A stretch of 64,000 nucleotides of DNA from Paramoeba atlantica (lineage: Eukaryota; Protista; Discosea): contig CDRNVI010000079.1 of the NCBI GenBank assembly GCA_977017575.1, positions 43,746 through 107,745 on the forward strand. The letters run 5' to 3'. Of the stretch, positions 55,464-64,000 are shown in pieces. Position numbers and translations under genes: made by a program. A model generated the notes under the pieces. The model was not told the origin of the DNA. It saw only the letters and a program-made list of their open reading frames with translations, and searched no databases. Position 1 is the first letter of the stretch, and the number at the start of each line of letters is the position of its first letter.

Positions 55464-56480
55464 ATGCCGAAAAAGAGACATACCCACCTGTCGTCTCACG
55501 AGAGTCAAAAAATACGTTGCAATATTTGCGGATGCTTTAGTTTGCAAAGAAATATGAAGCGGCACATGCGGGAGAAGCATTGCAAAGATGGTGAGGAAAT
55601 GTATGATGTTCAGAAAGTAGAAGGAAGCGTTAACGTTGCACTTTACATGTGCGATGTTTGCAATATTGAAGAAGTGAGAAAGAACGTTCAACGGCATGAG
55701 AAAGGGGAATCTCATCAAATTAGAGCCTTCTTAGCAACGTATAACAAATCCCATAGAAAGGTGCTTTTCTTACCTAGCAGGCGAGTGTTCAGATGCTCCT
55801 GCTGCAAATATAGAGGTGCTGCTTCACTGGAAAACGTGAAACTGCATGTTTCCACCCCTGAACATAACGTAAAAATTGCCTCGTTCTCTCATGCACGCCA
55901 GAGTGAGTCAATTTACCAGAACACGCGTCCTTCCCAGGAATTTGCATTGACGGAAGAAAGTAATGCCATACAACAGAAGTGGAAACTAGCATCAATTGAA
56001 AAGGCAGAAGAATGCCCTCGATCTGCATCACTAAAATTTTTACAGGGATCACCAATGTTTCCAAAGGATTGGAAGCAGGAATTGAAGCCTGGCACGTCTG
56101 AAGAAAAAGCTGAATGTTTTCATAATTTCCAAAGGAATACAGAGCTTAAAGCTACGTCGTGTGGCGTGTGTGGGGTTATTGAACCTTCCCATGAGATTTT
56201 GGAAGGAATCCCTGTAAAAGACTGTGACATGCTTCGTGCTAGCATGGATGCAAACTTAAAAGGAAAACACACGTCTTCGATAGGTGGAAATCTGTATTGC
56301 ATAGATTCGGAGGCGGTGTTTGGTACTGAGGTGCGCTCGTGTTTTCGTTGCAGGAAAAGCGTTAGACTAGGAGGCATCCCATACTTTTCGTTTAAGAACG
56401 ACTGGGACTTTGGTCTGAATTTAAGAGATCTCCGTTTGCCAACATTGGGAGTTGAGAGAAAGATATCAAGTATTGGATAG
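55464..56480 (+). pseudogene. Helitron-like N-terminal region (C2H2 fingers plus the Cys-rich domain that precedes Rep), truncated
   Basis: Three CxxC..H fingers, SCGVCG, then CFRCRKSVRLGGIPYFSFKNDWDFG, typical of the region upstream of Helitron Rep; no Rep or helicase follows. Confidence 0.55.
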
Positions 56481-56985
56481 TTCTGTGGCAACTACGATTT
56501 TTAAGAGATATGCCACATCAGTAGGGGATTTACCGGCAGAAATAAGAACAAGAATTTTCTTGGCTGACCGCACTGCCGTTCCATTCTTTTTCAATCAACA
56601 CTTCGCTCTATGTGTTATCGTACCGCATGAAAATAAAGAAGGCGGAAAGTTACTTTGGTTCGATTCCCTGCCTAACCACAATCCGAGGAGAAGAACTGAA
56701 GTGCTCTTAGATGTGCAAACTGTTGCGCAAAATATCTTTCACGGAGCACATGGCTGGGAGATTATACAGGGCTCAACCTTGGTGCAAGATGATGGCACCA
56801 ATGACTGTGCTTTATTCGTTTGCCGTTGGATGATTCAGTGCGCAACTCCAGGCCTCGAAACACCTCCTGAACTGTCTCGTACGGAACTTGCTCAGATCGT
56901 CAGCCGGGAATCGGTAGAAGCGGTATGGGCAAAAGAGCGAAGAACAAGAAATACAGTGGAACAAGAAATGTACAGTGGAAAATAG
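56452..56985 (+). pseudogene. Ulp1/C48 cysteine protease domain
   Basis: NQHFAL (His), WFDSL (Asp), VQDDGTNDCALF (Gln, Cys). Confidence 0.75.
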
Positions 56986-57336
56986 AAAAGAAATTAGAGT
57001 AAATTGATACGAAAATCACATTCATTTTGAATACCTTCTTCGTGAGAAGAGGGTCCTCAGGCAATTATCTCTCGCCTTGACGTGGCGTCTGAGCTTAATG
57101 CCTGTTGGCTAACCAAGCAGACATAAAGAACTGTCATCGAACGAAATGTTCCGTATGCACGACCTGGTGTAAGTGTTGGGGGAACCTCGGTTCCGTCTCA
57201 CTGAGCCAGTGAACGTGCCCATAGGTGCACTTTTGCATTATTAAAGTACAACATAAAGGGCTCAATGCTTAACATAAACAAGACAGACATAAACAAGTAG
57301 AATCGAACATAGACCTCCCAGAGGCAAAATGTTAGC

Positions 57337-57673
57337 CGGGCGGGCCCCTCAAAAAAAAGATTTCAGAAGCTTGTTTTCTTCAAGATTACCTGCCACGAGG
57401 TAAAGCACTCCCCGCGTCAGCGGGTCTGCACCGCCTCGAAGGGCCCGCCGGGCGGGCCCTTCAAAAAAAAGATTTCAGAAGCTTGTTTCCTTCAAGATTA
57501 CCTGCCACGAGGTAAAGCACTCCCCGCGCCAGCGGGTCTGCACCGCCTCGAAGGGCCCGCCGGGCGGGCCCTTCAAAAAAAAGATTTCAGAAGCTTGTTT
57601 CCTTCAAGATTACTTGTCACGAGGTAAAGCACCACCCGCGCCAGCGGGTCTGCACCGCCTCGAACGGCCCGCC
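57337..57673. repeat. 112-bp tandem repeat x3 with 25-bp hairpin GAAGGGCCCGCCGGGCGGGCCCTTC
   Basis: TTTCAGAAGC recurs at 57361, 57473 and 57585. Confidence 0.92.
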
Positions 57674-57674
57674 G

Positions 57675-57886
57675 TATAACCCAGATTGAAAGGGGCGAGG
57701 GAGATACGAAGCACCAGGCGTGGCAGATTCCCACTGAAAAGAAATGGTATCTCCCCGCACGAGAAAAGCCTTTGCGCTTTCTAGCTCGGAGACAAACTTC
57801 GTGCGGGGAGATACCATTTCTTTTCAGTGGGAATCTGCCACGCCTGTTGCTTCGTATCTCCCTCGCCCCTTTCAATCTGGGTTATA
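57675..57886. mobile_element. 212-bp foldback / MITE with ~87-bp near-perfect arms, TA at both ends
   Basis: TATAACCCAGATTGAAAGGGG...CCCCTTTCAATCTGGGTTATA, one arm mismatch. Confidence 0.85.
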
Positions 57887-57935
57887 GTTTCTGCGAACCC
57901 TGGTTAAAACGCTTGTTTGGGTTACCCCCGAGGCC

Positions 57936-58136
57936 CCCAACATGCAGACACCCACCCCCACTCGCACATTGATAAATTTTCTTTTTTAGGCTCTTCGTTA
58001 AACGCGGTGGTTGTTTTCAACTTAGAAGTCACTCATGCTGCGCGCTTCGCGTTGAAAACTACCGCCGCGTTTAACGAAGGGCCTAAAAAAGAAAATTTAT
58101 CAATGTGCGAGTGGGGGTGGGTGTCTGCATGTTGGG
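57936..58136. repeat. 201-bp foldback: R1 hairpin flanked by inverted IS30-type ends
   Basis: CCCAACATGCAGACACCCACCCCCACTCGCACATTGATAA is inverted around the 115-bp hairpin. Confidence 0.85.
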
Positions 58137-58981
58137 ATCTTCTGACGCGTCGTTACAGACCACAACAGATCAGCGTAACTATGTGGAAGGAGCACAAAAT
58201 CAAGGTATCCCGCAAAGCAATATATAACTTCTTAGAGTGAGATGAAGCAGCTGGAGGTCACTTGTCGAAACTTTTACGCCGTGGGGGTAGGCGTGGATAT
58301 AAACGTCGCCGTGGGGTCAATCGTCTTAAAATTCCTAATAGAGTGGATATTAGTGAACGACCTCAGGTTGTGAATGATCGTCAGCGTTACGGGGACTGGG
58401 AGGCAGACCTCATTGAAGGTACCAAGCAGAGCGGGTATATGCTAAGTCTTATTGAGCGGAAAAGCAGATTCGGTATATTGTTCAAATTATCTTCCAAAAA
58501 GTCAGACCACGTTGCGCAATCAATAGTGGAAGCTCTGCAGGGTTATCAGGTACTGACCATTACATACGATAATGGTACGGAGTTTGCCAAGCACGAAGTG
58601 GTGAATGGGACTTATGGCTGCGAGTCATTCTTCTGCAAGCCGTATGCCAGTTGGGAAAAGGGGGGGGTCGAAAATTTTAATGGTCGTGTGCGTGTGTTTT
58701 TCCCCAAGAAATTTCTCTTCACTGGATTGACACAAGAAGTTCGTCAAGTTGCCAAGGAGATTAACAAGCGACCCATGGAAGTGCTGGCAAATGACTCCCC
58801 CCTTGATTTAGAGAAGATGATCTTGAAAGAGTGTCCTTCCGGTCTTCGTCCACTCCTTTTGGTGGACAGCTCCTCAGAGTCTGAGGATTCTACGGAACAA
58901 TTGAACATCTCTACCCAAGTGTTGGGTCTTAGCACCGTTGAACTCGCGCAACACATCGCTACAAGTGAATTAGATTACTAA
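58136..58981 (+). pseudogene. IS30-family transposase, N-truncated, in-frame TGA at 58238-40
   Basis: DLLTRRYRPQQISVT..VSRKAIY, ISERPQVVNDRQRYGDWEADLIEG, TITYDNGTEF, FCKPYASWEKGGVENFNG. Confidence 0.9.
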
Positions 58982-59939
58982 TATTTAATTCAAGATTATA
59001 TGCAATATTTGCGCTCCCTTGCTAGTTTTATATTTCCAGTTATCATATAATTACTTGTAAGTACATCAGAGAATTTATATTTCCAGTTATCACATAATAT
59101 TTAATTCAAGATTATATGCAATATTTGCGCTCCCTTGCTAGTTTTATATTTCCAGTTATCGTATAATTACTTGTAAGTACATCAGAGAATTTATATTTCC
59201 AGTTATCATATAATTACTTGTAAGTACATCAGAGAATTTATATTTCCAGTTATCATATAATTACTTGTAAGTACATCAGAGAATTAAGAAAAGCACAGTT
59301 GGGATTTTATTCACTTCAAGATTATATGCAATATGTGCGCTCCCTTTCTAGTTTAATATTTCCAGTTATCATATAATTACTTGTAAGTACATTAGAGAAT
59401 TGAGAAAAGCACAGGTGGGATTTTACTCCCGACAGGTAAACTAGTTCTCGTTGTCGTATGTTTCCGTCGCAGACGGGTAAACAAGATCTGGGTTCATTGG
59501 CCCGGCCGGCCCCTCCGTGCGTTCGGCCTCTCATATTCCCCAAAACAACTACCACCTTCCCCCCCCTATTTACCGGGGCCTCACCTGGAGGAAAGGTGAA
59601 TTTATTTAATTCCATTTTTTGGCAATGTTAAGAACCTAAATTTCTAGTCAACCTCAAATTTCGCGAACACCAACCAAAAATGATCATATTTTTTAAGGGG
59701 TCAAAATTTTTTTAAGGGCTCGAAAAAAATTTAAGGGCTCGATTTTTTTTTCAACTTTTATGCCAGATAAAGGTGCAGAATTTATGCAATATAAAGGTGC
59801 AACTTAATATGCCATATAAAGGTGCATTATACAAAATAAGGTGAATTATGCAACATAAAGGTGAATTATGCAATATAAAGGTGCAGCTTAGTATGCAATA
59901 TAAGTGGCCACTTTTTATGCCAGATAAAGGTGCGCGTGG
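58137..59939 (+). mobile_element. IS30-type element copy 2, 5'-truncated
   Basis: Transposase, tandem repeats, partial hairpin module, 20-bp array, then the terminal ATAAAGGTGCGCGTGG; the same order of parts as copy 1. Confidence 0.75.
58982..59400. repeat. 47-bp tandem repeats within higher-order ~120-bp units
   Basis: TTATATTTCCAGTTATCATATAATTACTTGTAAGTACATCAGAGAAT. Confidence 0.9.
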
Positions 59940-59977
59940 GAACCAATTCACAGTATTTTGTGACATGATTAGACGGC

Positions 59978-60167
59978 TATGCAATATTCCTATACTTATG
60001 CAATATTCCTATACTTATGCAATATTCCTATACTTATGCAATATTCCTATACTTGTGCAATATTCCTATACTTGTGCAATATTCCTATACTTATGCAATA
60101 TTCCTATACTTATGCAATATTCCTATACTTATGCAATATTCCTATACTTATGCAATATTCCTATACT
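59978..60167. repeat. 19-bp minisatellite TATGCAATATTCCTATACT x~10
   Basis: Direct tandem units. Confidence 0.95.
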
Positions 60168-60254
60168 TCCACCCTAAATAGGGGGGGAAGGTGGTAGTTG
60201 TGGGGTATGGAGGCCTCTCGCAACTCCGGGGCCTCACCAGGTGCAGGACAGAAG

Positions 60255-61639
60255 GGTCAAAGTAAAGGACTTTTGCATAAGTCAAGGACTTTTGCATAAG
60301 TCAAGGAATTTTGCAGAAGTCAATTTTTAGCAGGGGACCCTCTTTATATGAGTTGGTCCATTGCGACTCATGTATAGCACCATCATACAGATCTGTCATT
60401 ATATTACCGAATTACCCCTTGGTTTGGGTCCTGGGGAGAATATTTGGAGGCAACAATGTGCATGACATTTCGCCAAAAAAATACTTTTTTCGGCGATGTT
60501 GACCTTACGATATCTCTGTACTGTGCGTAATGTTGAAAAGGAATCACATAGGGCCTTCTTCAGGTCTTAAGCTGTTCGTGTGTACTCACAAAACTTTGAA
60601 TCAGTGGTTTTCATATAAGGGGTAACCCCTTGAAAATCGCAAAAAATGACCATTTTTGGACAATTTCGTGAAAAATGGTCGTTTTACGCCGTTTTCGCCC
60701 ATTTTACGAGGGTCACCCCTTATGCAGGCATGCAGATTCTTCAAAAAGTATATTGCCAAAAACTACTTTGCGAGCTACGCTACTATTATAAAATATTTAA
60801 TATACTCATAAGCTAGCTCACGGACTGAATGCGGCCTTCTTGATCAGGGATCTCCAAGCAGTGCACTAAGGTATGATACCACGAAGAGCCGTCTCGTCGC
60901 ACTCTTTTGCTTCGTCCACACCCCATGCGTTTAACGCGAGACACACAAGTTTCGTCTTTCTGCATGAACAAAACGGTGCCTTCAGCAGCGTTGAAGCGCA
61001 TGTCATGAGCGATGCTCACAATAAATTCGAACAAATGAAAAAGTTTAAGCACCGTGATCCGGCTCAATGTACATTCACGAAGTACTTGGCGCAATGTCAT
61101 GCATTCGGTCAGACTGTACAGAACCTTAAGCGTGTCTTTAATGCTCCTTTTGCTTTGTAGATTGAATAAGGGCTCCATAGAGCTGTATCTCGCGCGACAC
61201 TCCAGAGAATCCATGTAGGGGCAGTACCAATGGGTCCCGTCGTGAATGCATAGGATTTCTTTGTTAGCATGATGTTTGACCTTCTGGCACCACACTTGTT
61301 GTGCAACAAGCTTGTGCTTTTTGAGCCAGCGCGCTAAAATTTCCTCTGAAGAATGGTTTAAGCTTGATAAAGACAACGCTTTTACGCAATCAAAGTCCTC
61401 TCAACCCTTGCAAAACCAGTTTACACTGTCCGACATAAAAGTGTGATGCTATATTGAAATAATTCTAAGTTTGATATAAAATTTCCTTGCTTTTGCAAAA
61501 GTCCTTGACTTATGCAAAAGTCCTTGACTTATGCAAAAGTCCTTGACTTCCACCGGACAGAAGTGCGAAGGCTTTAATTTCAATGGTTCCTGACTTATGC
61601 AATACTCCTTGACTTATGCAATATTCCTTTACTTTGGCC
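60255..61639 (-). mobile_element. Merlin subfamily B element, internally deleted (pseudogene 60813-61436)
   Basis: TIR GG(T/C)CAAAGTAAAGGA..TTGCATAAGTCAAGG at both ends; MQKDETCVSR homologous to copy 1; TGA at 61401-03; no TSD seen. Confidence 0.75.
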
Positions 61640-61644
61640 GCCAA

Positions 61645-61970
61645 AACTACGAAATTCAGTGAGCTTCGCAAATTGCTTCCCACTAACGACGCACAGGGGA
61701 ATCCTACGCGGGGTACGGCTTAGGCCCGCTCACGCGGGCCCTCGCCGTTTCGCGGCCGCGCGCACCCCCCACTCACGCGGGGGCCCCCGCGCGGCCAAAA
61801 TGGGTACTAAAATTTGTTATCAAGGTAGTTGGGCTTCGCAAATTGCTTCCCACGAATGGGTACTAAAATTTGTTATCAAGGTAGTTGGGCTTCGCAAATT
61901 GCTTCCCACGAATGGGTACTAAAATTTGTTATCAAGGTAGTTGGGCTTCGCAAATTGCTTCCCACGAATC
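61645..61970 (+). repeat. Repeat R3 (second copy at 49860-50030) with a 56-bp tandem x3
   Basis: AAACTACGAAATTCAGTGAGCTTCGCAAATTGCTTCCCAC start shared; GGGTACTAAAATTTG at 61802, 61858 and 61914. Confidence 0.8.
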
Positions 61971-62089
61971 TAGAGAGAAGCAGACGTACAATAATTGCAC
62001 GATTTTTGCTTCCGTTTGTAAGTCAAGGACTTTTGTGGAACACCCAAGATTTTTTTTTGATTTTCATTTTCCGTGCGCCAAGCAAGCAT

Positions 62090-63516
62090 GGTCCGTGAGC
62101 TAGCTTATGAGTATATATAATAGTAGCGTAGCTCGCAAAGTAGTTTTTGGCAATATACTTTTTGAAGAATCTGCATGCCTGCATAAGGGGTGACCCTCGT
62201 AAAATGGGCGAAAACGGCGAAAAACGACCATTTTTCACGAAATTGTCCAAAAATGGTCATTTTTTGCGATTTTCAAGGGGTTACCCCTTACATGAAAACC
62301 GCTCATTCAAAGTTTTGTGAGTACACACGAACAGCTTAAGACCTGAAGAAGGCCCTATGTGATTCCTTTTCAACATTACGCACAGTACAGAGATATCGTA
62401 AGGTCAACATCGCCGAAAAAAGAATTGTTTTGGCAAAATGTCATGTACATTGTTGCCTCCAAATATTCTCCCCAGGATCCAAACCAGGGGGTAATTCGGT
62501 AGTATACTCCCTCTCTCATTAATTTTTATAAATGGATTTCGAGTTATAAAAATTTAGTTTATGCGGGATCATTAATTTTTATAAATCAGAAATTTATCGA
62601 ACGCTATTTCTTAATTTTTTTCTAAACCAAAGAATTTTTTCTGTTATTCTACTTAAGATGGATTATTTCGTGAACGTGGATGGACGCGCTTCGAAGAAAT
62701 TTCTTACAGAAAAGCGCAAATGGTTGATTTCTACGCTGGAGGCATAGAAAGCATGTAATATCACTTACTTTCTTAAAGAAATGTTTCTTTTATGCGTTTT
62801 TAGATGTACCGTCACCCCCCCTCCCTTGACTTAGCCTGCCAAAAAGTCGAAAAAATAGGAAAAAGCGGATAAGTCGCCCAGCCGACTGCGGGCCTAATTT
62901 GTCCGAAGGAGCGTCTTCGTTGCTCGGTCGCAATCCTATGTCGTAATGCATATTGCACTGCCGGATCCCAGGAGTTCTTCTAGAACTCGCGTTTTCACCA
63001 AGTCTTTTCTTCCACGTAAATTCAACCAGGACAGGTGGGATCAGTCGGGATCGTAAATCTCTAGTTTCAACCCTCTCAGCTTCAGATATTGGATTCATTC
63101 GTGAAAAAATCCTCATGTAGGGAAAAGACAATCTTTTTGGGGGGATTTTCTTTCTGAGATGAAGATACTGATTTTTGTAAAACGCGATTCACTGAAAAAT
63201 TCAGCATGGGGAAGCATGGTCGGGACCTACTCGCGGTCTTCCCTGGCACTACCATCTTACAGATCGTACTAACGCCGACCTTTTTTTGGAATAGCGGTCA
63301 TTTATACGGGAGCATTAATTTTTATAATTATAATTATAACTCACTTTTTGTTATGATTTATAATTTATAAAAATTAATGAGAGGGGGAGTAATGACAGAT
63401 CTGTATGATGGTGCTATACATGAGTCGCAATGGACCAACTCACATAAAGGGGGTCCCTACTAAAAATTGACTTCTGCAAAAGTCCTTGACTTATGCAAAA
63501 GTCATTTACTTTGACC
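62090..63516 (+). mobile_element. 3' end of a Merlin-B element (inverse of 60255-60824), interrupted by a TA-flanked element
   Basis: 62090-62506 plus 63389-63516 is the reverse complement of 60255-60824. Confidence 0.8.
62507..63388. mobile_element. 882-bp Stowaway/mariner-type non-autonomous element, TA TSD
   Basis: TA|CTCCCTCTCTCATTAATTTTTATAAAT ... ATTTATAAAATTAATGAGAGGGGGAG|TA; removal restores the Merlin-B end sequence. Confidence 0.85.
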
Positions 63517-63670
63517 TGATTTTTCTTGTAGCAAATAACTTTCTGAGCCACTAGAGAGTGGTTTTTCATCCAGTCCAGACATTGATTCTCACTCCAGGAA
63601 GAAATTCTTGTGATCGTAAGTTTCGAACGGCATAAGAACCCACCGCACCAGTGCACGTCATTAAAAGGTG
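63517..63670 (-). pseudogene. Merlin subfamily B transposase N-terminal fragment (copy 3)
   Basis: TCTG.GGFLC..ISSWSENQCLDWMKNHSLVAQKVICYK aligns with copies 1 and 2. Confidence 0.6.
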
Positions 63671-64000
63671 AGAAGGGCAATAAGCAACACATGTACACAA
63701 CGTATTCCTCACAAAAAATACCAACTCTCCTTCTTTTTTTAACAAACTAAAATCCTTAAAAACCGTAAAATCACCTAAACAAAACCCCATTCCTCTAGTT
63801 TCCCTAGTTCTTGCTCTCTCTTTTTTTTCTCCTTTTCTTTACCACTACCTCCCAAAAACACAAAACAAAAACGCCAATCCCCCACTTTCATGTCCATTTC
63901 ACCCGAAACCTCCCCCAACCGCCCCAACCCCCCCAACCCCCCACCCCCAACTTCATCCTCTTCGGTAAATCCTTAAACACAACACAGGTACACAATGTAT

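Noticed and set aside
37403-61403. In-frame TGA codons in pogo (37403), IS30 copy 2 (58238), Merlin B2 (61401) and the hAT 5' region, suggesting UGA recoding
   Set aside because: The aligned residues are inconsistent (Trp-like, Arg-like, Cys). The 894-aa and 792-aa host genes use TGG for Trp with no internal TGA, and TGA ends LRR3. Ordinary nonsense mutations explain them.
39525-61970. CRISPR-like arrays (20-, 30-, 47-, 56-, 67- and 112-bp repeats)
   Set aside because: The units are directly tandem without unique spacers, no cas genes are present, and the context is eukaryotic.
63820-64000. C-rich CCCCAA-like tract as telomeric repeat
   Set aside because: The tract is irregular, and it resembles the C/pyrimidine-rich leaders upstream of the host genes near 22.9 kb.

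Overview
Eukaryotic, transposon-saturated region. Several features point to a euglenozoan, probably kinetoplastid- or diplonemid-like: intronless genes, a ~150-nt U2 snRNA placed 92 nt from a divergent tRNA, spliced-leader-like sequences and CRE/SLACS-type retroelements. The taxonomy is inference. Host content is small and all on the + strand: four paralogous LRR genes, a class-3 lipase-like gene with Cys at the nucleophile position, and a SEC63-like J-protein. There is also a tRNA/snRNA cluster (Leu, Ile, Arg, Cys, U2). The rest is nested mobile DNA: IS30-type, Merlin/IS1595, PIF/Harbinger, hAT, Tc1, pogo, Helitron-like, DIRS/VIPER-like and CRE-type remnants, non-autonomous repeats, foldbacks and minisatellites. 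The strongest novelty candidate is a family of IS30-type DDE transposons that behaves as a resident eukaryotic element. One intact 2.3-kb copy has minisatellite arms and a 3-bp target duplication whose removal restores the reading frame of the eukaryotic hAT gene it interrupts; a second diverged copy and several orphan ends are also present. Other highlights are a CRE element abutting a 40-nt SL-exon-like sequence, a three-level Harbinger>Merlin>CRE nest that can be reconstructed at nucleotide level, and a strong strand asymmetry (host genes on +, 17 of 19 TE coding remnants on -). All calls come from reading motifs by eye; no database search was run.
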